Position numbers and translations under genes: made by a program. A stretch of 64,000 nt of DNA from an uncultured bacterium (GTDB taxonomy: Bacteria; Desulfobacterota_D; UBA1144; Nemesobacterales; UBA2774). Every line of letters starts with the position of its first letter. Within the stretch, counting starts at the first letter, position 1. The notes beneath the pieces were generated by a model. That model ran no database searches and was not told the DNA's origin. It saw only the letters and a list, made by a program, of their open reading frames with translations. The DNA is taken from contig CAVPJU010000008.1 of the NCBI GenBank assembly GCA_963705505.1, forward strand, positions 129,774-193,773, written 5' to 3'. Shown here in pieces: positions 19,865 through 30,423 of this stretch.

Positions 19865-20737
19865 ATGGCAAACGGCATACTCGACATTGAGACCGCTTCG
19901 CGCCTCAGGCGTTTTTATTTCCGCAGCCCGTCCCGCGTTAGGGGGAGGAAGGCGGGGATACACAAGAGCCTATACAAGGGCATAAGCCCCGACTTCCTCG
20001 AATATAAGGAGTACAACCGCGGGGACGAGCTAAGGCAGGTGGACTGGCGGCTCTACGGCCGCCACGACAGGCTCTACGTGAAGAAATTCGAGGACGAAGT
20101 CAACCTCGACTGGTGCATACTCGTCGACAGCTCCGCTTCGATGGGATACGGAGAGGATGGCGAAGCGAAGCTCCATTACGGGAAGCGGCTCGCTGCCACG
20201 CTCGCTTACCTGCTCCTTAAGCAGGGAGACGCAGTCGGCGCCGGCAGCTTTTCGGAGAGGGAGTTCGGCGTGATTCCGCCGAAGGCGGGGAATTCGTACA
20301 TCACCCCCATACTTGAGAAGCTCGAACACATCAGCCCTTCGGGAGGGACCGCGCTCTCGGGGCCGCTGCTTAAAGCGCTCGAGGTCTTCAAAGGGGACGC
20401 CTCGTTCGTGATAATATCGGACCTCTTTGCCGATGAGAGCGAAATCGAGAAGATGCTCCAGCTCCTTAAAGCCGCTAAAAAGGACGCCGTTATCTTCCAC
20501 GTGCTGCATCCGGACGAGTTCGAGTTCGGGTTCCGGGGATCTCTCGAATTCGAGGATATGGAATCGGAAGAAAAGATCATTGTCGATACCGACGCCGTCA
20601 GAAATACTTATAAGAAGAGGATAAGGGAGTTTATGGAGAAGCTCAGGCTCCTCTGCCATGAATACGAGTCGAGGTACGTTTTCTCGCCGTCATCCAGGCC
20701 GGTCGAGGAGTCCCTTATCGAGATCGCCGACAAATAG
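19865..20737 (+). CDS. DUF58 domain protein (vWA-like)
   Basis: G.H.S..KG...DF.EY+EY..GD..R.VDW, DSSASM, ISD motifs. Confidence 0.9.
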   Translation: MANGILDIETASRLRRFYFRSPSRVRGRKAGIHKSLYKGISPDFLEYKEYNRGDELRQVDWRLYGRHDRLYVKKFEDEVNLDWCILVDSSASMGYGEDGEAKLHYGKRLAATLAYLLLKQGDAVGAGSFSEREFGVIPPKAGNSYITPILEKLEHISPSGGTALSGPLLKALEVFKGDASFVIISDLFADESEIEKMLQLLKAAKKDAVIFHVLHPDEFEFGFRGSLEFEDMESEEKIIVDTDAVRNTYKKRIREFMEKLRLLCHEYESRYVFSPSSRPVEESLIEIADK

Positions 20738-20748
20738 AGAGACATGTA

Positions 20749-22707
20749 TTGAATTTCTCCTTCCTAAACCCGTTGTTCCTGATAGGTCTCGCCGCAATCG
20801 CGCTTCCCGTTATCGCGCACCTCATCTCGAGGAAGACCGGGCTCAGGAAAAGGTTCCCCGCCGTCAGGTTCCTCGTCGCCTCACAGGGAGACGCCGCGGC
20901 GAGGTCGAGGCTCAAGGACATACTGCTACTGCTGTTGAGATCACTCATTATAGTCCTGCTTGTGCTCGTATTCGCGAAGCCGGCGCTGTTTTCGTTCGCC
21001 CCTGCGGGCAGCGATAACCCGAGAGCGCTCGCAATCGTCATAGACAACTCGTTCAGCATGGGATACGGGGATAACTTTGACCGCGCGCTCGAAAAAGCGA
21101 GGGAGCTCGTAGACACGCTCCCCGACGGCAGCTTCGCACTCGTAGCGCCCCTCGTCGGCGCGGACGGCGCGAGGCTCAGCCCTTCGAGCGATATAGGCGT
21201 GATGAGAGAAAGCACGGCTCATATAAAATTGTCGGGCTCTTTCACCGACAACGAAAAGAGGCTCGAAGAAGCCTACTCCGCGCTCGACAGCGCGCCCAAC
21301 GCATCAAAGGAAGTCGTGTTCATAACCGACCTTCAGAAAAACGGATGGGAGAATGAAAGATTCGACAAGGGCTGGCTCAGGATAATAGACGTGACGGACG
21401 GCGCGAAGCTGTCCAACCACGCCGTAACGGACACGGCGGTCACGTACGGGAAGGACTCCGTAACGCTCGACCTTTCAGTCTCCAACTTTTCGGATAAAGC
21501 CGAGAGCGGGCTCCTCGCTTCCGTGAGTGCCGGCGGGGAAGAGCTGAAGGCGTTTCTCGATATTCCGCCCGGCGCGAGCATCGAAAAAGATTTCGCGATA
21601 CCGGGAGAACATATTTCCGCAGATAAGAAGAAAGAAGGCTCGGCCGAAATACCGCGCGACAGGCTCTCGGTCGACGACACGAGGTACTTCGTCCTCTCGG
21701 ACAGGGACGAATCGGGCGTGCTTATAGTCGACGGAGACCCGAGGGAAGACGCGAGGCTCTCCGAGACTTACTACCTGGCGAGGGCCGCCGAGACCGTCTC
21801 CGAGCTTACAGGGACGCATATCGCGGTCAAGGACAACGACAGCTTCCTCAACGAAAAGTTATCTAACTACGACCTCGTCTTCCTCGCAAACGTCGGGGAC
21901 ATCACACAGCAAAACGTAAAAGACCTCGAAGAGTTCGTCAAGGGCGGGGGCACGGCGGTGATATTCCTCGGGGAGCGCATAAGGCCCTCCTCCTACAACT
22001 CGCTGCTCAGGGACATACTTCCGGGCGAGCTCATTAATTCGGAAGAGAGGGATTCGAAAGTCACCGTACAGGCCCGGTCGATGTTCCCCAAAGACGTCGG
22101 CGACAGGATAAGCCAGGTCGGGGTCAAGAAGTATTTCAGGCTCGTCCCGTCGCCTGACTCGGAAGTCATACTCGGCCTCGAAGGAGGTGACCCGCTTCTC
22201 GTAAAAAAAACGATCGGAAAAGGAAGCGTCTTCCTCTTTACGTCCACAGCGGACACGAGCTGGAATAATTTCCCGATTACGACGGTCTTCCTCCCGGTGG
22301 TGAAGGAATTCCTCGACATGCCCGGCTCCTCGAACGAGAGGCGGAGGAATTATACCGTGGGTGACAAGGTCTCCCTCGACACCGCCCCCGGCGCCTACCC
22401 CATCGAAGTGATAGACCCCTCGGGCAAGAGGTTCCTCCCCGAAAAATCTGCGGCAGTATTCGAGGAGACATACGTGCCCGGCATCTACACCGTTATGGAA
22501 TCGGGAAAGGAATCCTACAAATTCGCGGTGAACGTCGACCCGCGTGAATCGAACCTCGAAAAGATAGACATAAAGGCAGAAAATCCGGAAGCGGAAACCG
22601 GGGACGGTCTGGTTAAGATATTCAGGGAAATATGGCGCTACTTCCTCTGGGGCGCAGTGCTGCTCTTTATATCGGAAGCCGTCGCGAGAGCCGCTTTTTC
22701 ACCGTGA
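20749..22707 (+). CDS. BatA-domain / vWA membrane-anchored protein
   Basis: N-terminal FLNP...LPVIAHL BatA segment, DNSFSM MIDAS, ITD, NVDPRES, C-terminal TM helix. Confidence 0.85.
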   Translation: MNFSFLNPLFLIGLAAIALPVIAHLISRKTGLRKRFPAVRFLVASQGDAAARSRLKDILLLLLRSLIIVLLVLVFAKPALFSFAPAGSDNPRALAIVIDNSFSMGYGDNFDRALEKARELVDTLPDGSFALVAPLVGADGARLSPSSDIGVMRESTAHIKLSGSFTDNEKRLEEAYSALDSAPNASKEVVFITDLQKNGWENERFDKGWLRIIDVTDGAKLSNHAVTDTAVTYGKDSVTLDLSVSNFSDKAESGLLASVSAGGEELKAFLDIPPGASIEKDFAIPGEHISADKKKEGSAEIPRDRLSVDDTRYFVLSDRDESGVLIVDGDPREDARLSETYYLARAAETVSELTGTHIAVKDNDSFLNEKLSNYDLVFLANVGDITQQNVKDLEEFVKGGGTAVIFLGERIRPSSYNSLLRDILPGELINSEERDSKVTVQARSMFPKDVGDRISQVGVKKYFRLVPSPDSEVILGLEGGDPLLVKKTIGKGSVFLFTSTADTSWNNFPITTVFLPVVKEFLDMPGSSNERRRNYTVGDKVSLDTAPGAYPIEVIDPSGKRFLPEKSAAVFEETYVPGIYTVMESGKESYKFAVNVDPRESNLEKIDIKAENPEAETGDGLVKIFREIWRYFLWGAVLLFISEAVARAAFSP

Positions 22708-22733
22708 CGAGGGGAAAGCTCCCACGCCCGCTC

Positions 22734-24149
22734 TCAGCTCACGTCCACGCCGTCTATGCCTTCGGTGACCGGCTTTCCGAGCAGGCTCAGTATCGTGGGA
22801 TAGATGTCGACGGTCCTTATATATTCACCCTTTATTTCCGCGCTCATGACGACAGGCACTAACATATGATCCCTGAAAAGCGCGCCGTGGGACGAGCGGT
22901 GCTCGGGGTTCTCGTGCTTCGCCCTGAGGTCGTAGCCCTGGTTCGCGCTCAGCACGAGGTCCCCCGTCCGGGGCGCTTCGAGCAGCTGAATTATCTGAAG
23001 GAGGGCGTCCGGGTAAGTCGTATTGTAACTCCGCTCGAGCGCTTCAGCCGCGCTCATCCTTCCGGGCATGCCGTTATAGCCGAAGGGGTCCCCGGAAATC
23101 CTCTCGTAATTTATGAAGCCTTCCCCGTCGAGCCATGCCGCCGCCTCTCCCCTCGCGCTCTTCATCCTTGCCCTGCCCCTCTCGTCGAGTCCCGCGACTA
23201 TATCGACCTCGGGCCTTTCGAGGAAGCCCTCCGCGAGGCCGTAAAGCTCCTCGAACGTCGATTTCCTCCCCCAGCCCTCCGGGCTCTTCACGTATATGTT
23301 GGCCATGGCGTTCCCCGATATGAGGCTCGCCGCGTCTGCATCCGTGAAATGCCTGAAGACGTTCGGGTAATAGAAGGTCTTGTATCCCCTGTGATTCATG
23401 AACTCGAGAGAATCGAAATGGGAGTGCGTCTGCGTAAGCCCGTGGTCGCTCCCGATGACTATTAGAGTCTCGTCGAGCCTCCCTTCGGTTTCGAGCTTCT
23501 TCGCCGCAAGCCCGACGGTATCATCGATCCTCGTATAGGAATCCAGCACCTTTCTGTGGAACGGGTGGTTTATGTGCGAATACGTGTCTATGCCCAGGAA
23601 CACGACGAATATGAAATCGTGCATCTCGTCCAGCTCGCGCAGCAGTATGCGCCTGGCCACCATATCGACCTCGTCGCTCTTGTCGGTAAAATGCCCCTTC
23701 ACCTTGTAGTAGAGCTTCGAGAACCGCGTCTTGTCGTACCTGATGCTCACTCCGCGCGAGAGCTCGTTCAGGATGTTCCCGCTCCGGGGGAATACCTCGA
23801 AGAGGCTCTTGTTGTCGGTCGACACGTCGCTGTTCATGAAATAGGTCTCGAGCCCGATGTAGCTCCTGAAGCGGCGGAAAGAAAAGAGCCTCCTTTTGTC
23901 AGGGTATATGTACCTGTCGAACCACCTTATTCCGGGAAAGTTGCACCTCCCCGGATACTTCCCGAATATGTAGGGCGTATATGCCGGCCCTGTAGTCGAC
24001 GGGAATACGGAGGACGCTATTCTGAAGGAGCCTTTTTCAACAACGTATCTGGAAATATTCGGGAGCTCTCCCTTTTCGAGGAGCTCGGAAAAAACGTCCG
24101 CCCTTGCGCCGTCCGCCATTATGAATATACAGCTCTTGAACCTGCTCAT
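22734..24149 (-). CDS. Alkaline phosphatase superfamily nucleotide pyrophosphatase/phosphodiesterase
   Basis: DGARAD, FPSTT nucleophile region, D..SH, SDHG, SHG motifs. Confidence 0.85.
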   Translation of the reverse strand: MSRFKSCIFIMADGARADVFSELLEKGELPNISRYVVEKGSFRIASSVFPSTTGPAYTPYIFGKYPGRCNFPGIRWFDRYIYPDKRRLFSFRRFRSYIGLETYFMNSDVSTDNKSLFEVFPRSGNILNELSRGVSIRYDKTRFSKLYYKVKGHFTDKSDEVDMVARRILLRELDEMHDFIFVVFLGIDTYSHINHPFHRKVLDSYTRIDDTVGLAAKKLETEGRLDETLIVIGSDHGLTQTHSHFDSLEFMNHRGYKTFYYPNVFRHFTDADAASLISGNAMANIYVKSPEGWGRKSTFEELYGLAEGFLERPEVDIVAGLDERGRARMKSARGEAAAWLDGEGFINYERISGDPFGYNGMPGRMSAAEALERSYNTTYPDALLQIIQLLEAPRTGDLVLSANQGYDLRAKHENPEHRSSHGALFRDHMLVPVVMSAEIKGEYIRTVDIYPTILSLLGKPVTEGIDGVDVS

Positions 24150-24194
24150 ATGTATATTAGTCCTTTATCTCAGCGATTTTACAATGCGTCCCGC

Positions 24195-26981
24195 TCATGA
24201 GAAATACCTGTCGTATACTTTCCTTATCTTATTCGTTACCGCAACATATTTTTTCCTGAGCTGCTTTCCGTCCGAATCCGCATCGAGCTCGGCCGAGAGT
24301 TTGTCGAAATCGCTCTCGTAGAGCTCGTTTATAGACCTGTCGTGGAGGAGTCTCAGGAGGTTCTCCATCTTTTTAAGGAAATAAAGCCCGTCCATGAGCT
24401 CGGCGTATTCCGTCTCCTTTATTATGCCCGCGTCCCTGAGCCCCGTAAGCGCGTCCCCCGTATTCTGCCCCCTCACTTCCCTGTGCTCCCCGCCGTGCCT
24501 TAGCTGGAGCATCTGTACGAGGAACTCTATATCCACTATTCCTCCCCTCCCCGTCTTGATGTTGAGCTTCTTTGCACTCTCCTTTGCCAGCTCCTTCTCC
24601 ATCCTCGCGCGGAGGCGTTTTATCTGCTTGTGAAAATCAGGCGGCAGCGGCTTCCCGTAAACGAACTCTTCAATGGACTCCGCCACGCGCTTTCCCAGCT
24701 TAACGTCCCCCGCCGACGCCCTGGCCCTGAGGAGCGCCTGCCTCTCCCAGACCTGCGCGCTGTCTTCGTGATATTTCCTGAACGCATCGTAAGAAGTCAC
24801 GAGCGCGCCCGAGCGGCCTGAAGGTCTCAGCCCCATGTCCATCTTGTATGCAAACCCTTCTCCGGTGGGTATGGAGAGTATGGAAATCACTTTTTGACCG
24901 AGCTTCGAGAAGAACTCGTGCTCCTCGGCCTTGCCGTCGTATATGAAAATGACATCGAGGTCGGAATTATAGCTGAGCTCCCTGCCGCCGAGCTTCCCCA
25001 TACCGAGCACTATCATCCGCGGCCCTTTTTTCGTTCCCTTCTCATTCCCCGCTACGATGTCCCACGCGAGTCCGAGCCCGACCCCGAGCACTGCCTCGGC
25101 GACGAGCGAGAGGTACCAGCCGACGTAAAACGGGTCGACCTCGCGGTTCAGGTCACGGAGGCAAATCTTTAGCGTCTCCACGTGCCTGAACCTCCTTATC
25201 GCATCGAGCTTGCCCTCGTAATCGCTCTCCTCCGCGACCGCGTGCTCGAGCTCGCGGAGCATTTCCTCTTTCGATGCGAACTCGGTCCTGACGCTCCTGA
25301 GAGTGATGACGTCCAGGTACTCGGGGTGCCGTATGAGGAAATTGGACAGGTAGCCGCTCGTCGAGAAGAGCTTCGAGAGGAGCTCTATGATGTCGGGGTT
25401 CTCGAGCAGGACGGCATATATGGACGTCCTCCAGCCGATGCCTGATATGAAACGTTCCAGGTTGATGAGAGCAGCGTCCGGGTCGGGGGATTTCAATATG
25501 CTTCCGAGAAAGGCGGGGATCACCCGCCTCGTCGTGACGCGTCCCTCCCGGGTGAGCGCTCCCCTTCGCGGGTCGAGGAGCTTCGAGAAGAGGTCCATAG
25601 CGCTCCCCGGGTTTTTGAAGCCCAGCTTTTTAAGGTTTTCGACCGCTTCCTTCTCGTCGATATTCCCCTCCGTGAGGAAGTCCGCCACCCTGAGGAATTC
25701 CCTTCCGACTTCTTCGGTTTTTTCGGAACGCTCGTAAAAAAGACTCTTGAATATCTTGGATACGGCAGACGTATTATCGGTGTAGAGGGCCTCGAACTCG
25801 TCCCTGCCCTTGAGTCCCGCCCTCTTCGCGAGCTTCTCTATCTCTTCGGGAGATGCGGGTATCTTGTGCGTCTGCCTCTCGTCCGCGATCTGAATGTAAT
25901 GCTCAACCTTTCTCAGAAAGAGGTAAGAAGATGAGAGCGTGTCGTGGACGTCCTTATCTATAATTTTATTCATTCTTAATTTTTCGAGAGCGCGGAGAGT
26001 GTTGCTCTCCCTTATGCCCTTGACCGCCCCGCCGTTCACGAGCTGGAGCGCCTGTATGAAGAACTCTATCTCCCTTATACCGCCCTTTCCCAATTTCACG
26101 TCCCGCTTCTTCTCGAGACGGTCGAGCTTCATCTTCATGTCCTTGAGGTCTTCTATCGACGTGTAGTCGAGAAACTTCTTATATACGAAAGGCTCGATCT
26201 CTCTTATGAATTCGTCTCCGAGACGTATATCCCCCGCGACGGGTCTGGCCTTTATCATGGCCGCCCTCTCCCACGTATCCCCCCAGTAGAAGTAGTGCTC
26301 GACGGCGCCGTCTATAGGAACCGAGACCGAGCTCTTGCTCCCGCCGGGCCTGAGTCCGAGATCGACCCTGTAAAGGAAACCGTCCTCGGTTAAGGCGCTC
26401 AGCGTCTTCGTCGCCCTTTCGCCCAGCTTGAAGAAGGGGTCGGGGTCCCCGTTGTCCCTGTAAATGTATATGAGGTCAACGTCGGAGCTCAGGTTGAGCT
26501 CCCTGCCGCCGAGCTTTCCCATCCCGAGGACGACGAACTCGCCCGCTCCGTCCATCCTGAGCTCTTTTCTGTGGAACGCAATTACGGCTTCGAGTATTGC
26601 GCCCGCCAAATCCGAAAGCTCTTCCATTGTATCGGGGAAGGGAGCCGCACCGGTTATGTCACGGTATGCGATCCTCGCGAGCTCCCTGTATTTATAGTGA
26701 GTGAGGCGCGATTGGAGGACGGCCGCGGATTCGGATGAATCCGTTATACCGCGCGCTTCGTCCGAAAAACGTGGCGGCTCTTTTTTCGTTTTCAGTATTT
26801 TTGGTGAATCGAGGTAATCGAGTATTCCGGGGTCTTTGAGTATCGCCCTTCTCAGGAACGAGCTCCAGGATGCGAGAAGCTCGAGGATTTCCTTTTTTCC
26901 GGATGGTATATCCCTGTGGAGTTCTCTGAAATGCTCTAGGGCGGTCCGGGCATTCTCGGGATCGGGTAATGCTCTATTCAA
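24195..26981 (-). CDS. glnE: Bifunctional glutamine synthetase adenylyltransferase/adenylyl-removing enzyme
   Basis: Two GMGKLGGREL..SD.D nucleotidyltransferase domains, two WER motifs, GGIREIEF and GGIVDIEF. Confidence 0.95.
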   Translation of the reverse strand: MNRALPDPENARTALEHFRELHRDIPSGKKEILELLASWSSFLRRAILKDPGILDYLDSPKILKTKKEPPRFSDEARGITDSSESAAVLQSRLTHYKYRELARIAYRDITGAAPFPDTMEELSDLAGAILEAVIAFHRKELRMDGAGEFVVLGMGKLGGRELNLSSDVDLIYIYRDNGDPDPFFKLGERATKTLSALTEDGFLYRVDLGLRPGGSKSSVSVPIDGAVEHYFYWGDTWERAAMIKARPVAGDIRLGDEFIREIEPFVYKKFLDYTSIEDLKDMKMKLDRLEKKRDVKLGKGGIREIEFFIQALQLVNGGAVKGIRESNTLRALEKLRMNKIIDKDVHDTLSSSYLFLRKVEHYIQIADERQTHKIPASPEEIEKLAKRAGLKGRDEFEALYTDNTSAVSKIFKSLFYERSEKTEEVGREFLRVADFLTEGNIDEKEAVENLKKLGFKNPGSAMDLFSKLLDPRRGALTREGRVTTRRVIPAFLGSILKSPDPDAALINLERFISGIGWRTSIYAVLLENPDIIELLSKLFSTSGYLSNFLIRHPEYLDVITLRSVRTEFASKEEMLRELEHAVAEESDYEGKLDAIRRFRHVETLKICLRDLNREVDPFYVGWYLSLVAEAVLGVGLGLAWDIVAGNEKGTKKGPRMIVLGMGKLGGRELSYNSDLDVIFIYDGKAEEHEFFSKLGQKVISILSIPTGEGFAYKMDMGLRPSGRSGALVTSYDAFRKYHEDSAQVWERQALLRARASAGDVKLGKRVAESIEEFVYGKPLPPDFHKQIKRLRARMEKELAKESAKKLNIKTGRGGIVDIEFLVQMLQLRHGGEHREVRGQNTGDALTGLRDAGIIKETEYAELMDGLYFLKKMENLLRLLHDRSINELYESDFDKLSAELDADSDGKQLRKKYVAVTNKIRKVYDRYFS

Positions 26982-27291
26982 CGTTTATTTTCCTGCTTCT
27001 TTTTCCGCGCGTCCCTTTGGCTCCGCTCTTCCTGCGCTCCTTGATCTCCTCCCCCGCCTTCTTGACGATCTCGAACCCCTTGCTGACAGCCTTGAACGGG
27101 AGCTCGCAGACGAACTTCCTCCCTTCCTCTTTCTGAAGCAGATCCTTCACGCCTTTAATTGCTAAACCGGTGCCCACGACCATCTCTGTCGCGCTCACGA
27201 TGAAATGCTCCCCCGCCTTGCCAAGGTCGCTTAAATCGACCTTCGGCTCTTTCTCTTCCGTAACGGTTTTCTTCTGCTGTCTTCTCGCCAT
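26974..27291 (-). CDS. Hypothetical basic protein
   Basis: 105-aa ORF overlapping the glnE start by 8 bp, GAGG upstream; no family recognised. Confidence 0.65.
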   Translation of the reverse strand: MARRQQKKTVTEEKEPKVDLSDLGKAGEHFIVSATEMVVGTGLAIKGVKDLLQKEEGRKFVCELPFKAVSKGFEIVKKAGEEIKERRKSGAKGTRGKRSRKINVE

Positions 27292-27457
27292 ATTTCCGCC
27301 TCGCTTGCCGCGTCCTTTACCGGTTGTAAAGATAACGGACCCGACACCGAAATTTTACCAGAAATAAGGGGTTGTGTTTATAGGAGGCGGAGAATCAGTG
27401 CCGATGTGCGATTTCTGCTTCTCTCCTCCGTCCAACCCTACAATCTACTCCACAATT

Positions 27458-27596
27458 GTAGGAGCGGCTTTCAGCCGCGACCCTTCATCCTCATGCTATG
27501 ACGAGAAAACCTGTCTTTGCGAGGAACGAAGTGACGAAGCAATCTCATGAAAAAAAAGCGAGATCGCCACGACCATAATACGGTCTCGCGATGACA
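27458..27596. repeat. Cluster of REP-like elements
   Basis: GTAGGAGCGGCTTTCAGCCGCGA (GTAG-type hairpin) and TGTCTTTGCGAG...GAAGCAATCTC facing GAGATCGCCAC...CTCGCGATGACA. Confidence 0.7.
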
Positions 27597-27655
27597 GTGT
27601 GGCAGTATGATGTTCCACCAAGTGCTGTCCTCATCACACACTATAGATTAGACCC

Positions 27656-30070
27656 TCAGCTAAAATTATATGGATCGACATCCACGGAAATCCTGACGCC
27701 GCCCGTAAGGTTCGAAACAAGCTTCGTCAGCTTCTTCGTGAAGCTGCGGAGGAGTCCCGCGTTCGTCGATTTCAGGAGCATCTGGAACCTGTACCTGTTC
27801 CTTATCTTGCTCACAGGGCAGGGCGATGGCCCAAGCACTTGCAATGCGCCGGGCTTTAACTTCGTGACGAGCTTCCGCGCGGTCTCTCCCGCCCTCTCCG
27901 CTGTCTCTTCAGTCTCGCGCTCGCTCTTTCCGGTGAACCTTATATTAACAAGCCTCGAAAAAGGCGGATAGCCGAGCTCCTCTCTTAACTTGAGCTCTTC
28001 TTCGAGAAAACCCTTGCTGTCCTGCCTTACGGCATGCTCGATGCTCGGGTGTTCCGGGTTGTATGTCTGAACGATCGCTCTCCCCGGCGTATCCCCGCGT
28101 CCCGCCCTGCCCGCGACCTGAGTGACGAGCTGAAACGTCCTTTCACCTGAGCGGAAGTCCGGTATGCCGAGGGATATATCAGCCGATATCACGCCCACGA
28201 GCGTTACGCCCGGCAGGTCGTGCCCCTTCGCCACCATCTGAGTCCCTATTAGGACGTCTATCTCCCCGCGCTCGAGCCTTCCGTAGAGATTTAGCAGGCT
28301 CTTCTTCCCGGCCACCGTGTCCCTGTCCATGCGCGCGGCCTTGGCCTCGGGGATTATACGCCTTATCTCCTCCTCGACCTTCTGAGTCCCGATGCCGAGT
28401 CCCCTCACGGACTCTCCGCATTTGAGGCACGCGCCCGTGAGCTTCTCCGAGAGACCGCACATGTGGCACATGACGGAGTCCTGACGCGAATGGTACGTGA
28501 GCGACACGCTGCAGTTAGGGCACTTCATTATCTCGCCGCACACCGGGCAGACGATGAGAGTCGAATACCCGCGCCTGTTGAGAAAGAGGATCGTTTGTCT
28601 ATCGTGCCAGAAGTTGTCCACTATCCCTTCCCGAAGTATCCCCGAGAACACGGCCCCGCCTTCGTACTTCATGTCGGCGATCTCGACTGAGGGGAGCGGC
28701 CTGTCCTCCACTCTTAACGGTAGAGAGAGGTACTCGAATTTATGCTTGAGGGCATTATAGTAGGATTCGACCGAAGGGGTCGCGGAGCCCAGCACCACGA
28801 CCGAGCCCGTCATCTTGCCGAGCACTAGGGCGAGGTCCCTCGCGTTGTAACACGGGGTCTCCTCCTGCTTGTACGTGGTCTCGTGCTCCTCGTCGACGAC
28901 TATGATGCCTATGTTCGAGAATGGCGCGAATATCGCGGAGCGCGCTCCGATCACGACCTTCACCTCGCCGCGGCTCGCCATGCGCCAGGCGTCGAACCTC
29001 TCTCCGTCCGACAGCGCGCTGTGAATTACAGCGACCTTGCTCCCGAACCTCGCCCTCACCCTTTTTACAAGGAGCGGCGTAAGGGATATCTCGGGTACGA
29101 GGAGTATTGCTTCCTTCCCCTTGCCGATGACCTCCTCTATCGCGCGGAGGTAAACTTCGGTCTTTCCGCTCCCCGTGACTCCGTGCAATAAAAAGGGCGC
29201 AAACTTACCCTTTTCGACCGCGTCCTTTATTTTCCCGCACGCGATCTCCTGGTCTATCGTGAGCGCGGGACGCCTGTCTTCCTTTATCTCAATCCCCGCG
29301 AAAGGGTCCCTCGACACCTCTTCGTGCTCCGTCACTATGAAACCGTTCTCGCCTAGCCATGCGAGGTGTGCGTTTACGTTGCCGAATACCTCTTTCAAAT
29401 CGTCAAGCGGCACCCTGCCGTTTGCAAGCACGAATTCCAGTATCTGCGACTTGGTCTTCTTTCTCTTTAGAAGAGGATCGTCGAGGGCCGCGCCCGGAGC
29501 GGCCGATATAATCCTCTCCGTTTTTATTTTCGGGTCAGACTTGAGCTCGTATTCGAAATCGACGAGCCCCCTTCTCTTTAGCGAATTAAGGAGCTCGGCC
29601 GAAGTGTTCTCGACGAGGGAGAGGAGCTTCTGCGAGCTTATTTCCCCTGAATTGAGAACGGTCTTGAGCACGAGTATTTCGTGCTCGGTGAGCCTCCCGT
29701 CTTCGAGTGATTTCTTACCGCCGTCCGTAATTTTTATGAGGCGCTTGAGGCTCACTCCGAGCCCGCCCGGATGTGCGGCTTTAAGCACGATTCCCAGCGA
29801 GGTCATGTAGTAATCCGCGACCCACTTCAGAAACTCGAGCCTTTTAATATCGAACAGGGGCTCGTCGTCCACGATGTCGAGCACGTCTTTAAGCTCTATA
29901 TCGGGCGGAGGCTCGCCCAGGCCGACAATGAAGCCTATCGTCCTCCTGTTCCTGAACGGGACGAGGACGCGCTTGCCTAACGCAATACCCTCTCTCAGAT
30001 GGGCGGGCACGCTGTAGGAATAGAGCCCTTCCCCGGGTATAGGAACGGCGACATGGACGGTTTCAATCAT
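27656..30070 (-). CDS. priA: Primosomal protein N' (replication restart helicase)
   Basis: GVTGSGKTEVY, VPEISLT, DEEH, SATPS, four CxxC pairs, QVAGRAGR. Confidence 0.97.
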   Translation of the reverse strand: MIETVHVAVPIPGEGLYSYSVPAHLREGIALGKRVLVPFRNRRTIGFIVGLGEPPPDIELKDVLDIVDDEPLFDIKRLEFLKWVADYYMTSLGIVLKAAHPGGLGVSLKRLIKITDGGKKSLEDGRLTEHEILVLKTVLNSGEISSQKLLSLVENTSAELLNSLKRRGLVDFEYELKSDPKIKTERIISAAPGAALDDPLLKRKKTKSQILEFVLANGRVPLDDLKEVFGNVNAHLAWLGENGFIVTEHEEVSRDPFAGIEIKEDRRPALTIDQEIACGKIKDAVEKGKFAPFLLHGVTGSGKTEVYLRAIEEVIGKGKEAILLVPEISLTPLLVKRVRARFGSKVAVIHSALSDGERFDAWRMASRGEVKVVIGARSAIFAPFSNIGIIVVDEEHETTYKQEETPCYNARDLALVLGKMTGSVVVLGSATPSVESYYNALKHKFEYLSLPLRVEDRPLPSVEIADMKYEGGAVFSGILREGIVDNFWHDRQTILFLNRRGYSTLIVCPVCGEIMKCPNCSVSLTYHSRQDSVMCHMCGLSEKLTGACLKCGESVRGLGIGTQKVEEEIRRIIPEAKAARMDRDTVAGKKSLLNLYGRLERGEIDVLIGTQMVAKGHDLPGVTLVGVISADISLGIPDFRSGERTFQLVTQVAGRAGRGDTPGRAIVQTYNPEHPSIEHAVRQDSKGFLEEELKLREELGYPPFSRLVNIRFTGKSERETEETAERAGETARKLVTKLKPGALQVLGPSPCPVSKIRNRYRFQMLLKSTNAGLLRSFTKKLTKLVSNLTGGVRISVDVDPYNFS

Positions 30071-30150
30071 TTACACGGGAGTCTAATTGTTTTCCCAACG
30101 GCGTGCAATAGTTCGCCAGGCGCCTATATTTGTAAATACAAGTCAGCCCT

Positions 30151-30325
30151 GAGCGGGGTTCAGGAAAGGCATACAACCGGGCGGTCCTGCCTAATAATGC
30201 AGCCGGAAAAATCAGATGGATATATGTTCTTAATGTATAGTGTCAGGCTTCCGGGTTAATACTCTTTACTCATTGGCAAATTCCCAAACCCTACCCGGGG
30301 CACTTTCGGGCCCCCAACCCCGCCC
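30151..30325. ncRNA. Candidate rod-shaped ncRNA (6S-like)
   Basis: 175-nt intergenic segment with nested pairings GCGGGGTT/AACCCCGC, CCGGG/CCCGG, CCGGAA/TTCCGG and an unpaired central region. Confidence 0.4.
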
Positions 30326-30357
30326 GAAATTAAATTAAATTATTTAAGTTTCGGATG

Positions 30358-30386
30358 TTGACATCTTCAATCACAGCAAATATGAT
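30358..30386 (+). promoter_or_regulatory. Sigma70 promoter upstream of the TPR gene
   Basis: TTGACA-17 nt-TATGAT. Confidence 0.7.
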
Positions 30387-30423
30387 TTAAGGGGCTGGAG
30401 GTATGACCTAGCCGGAAAATCCA

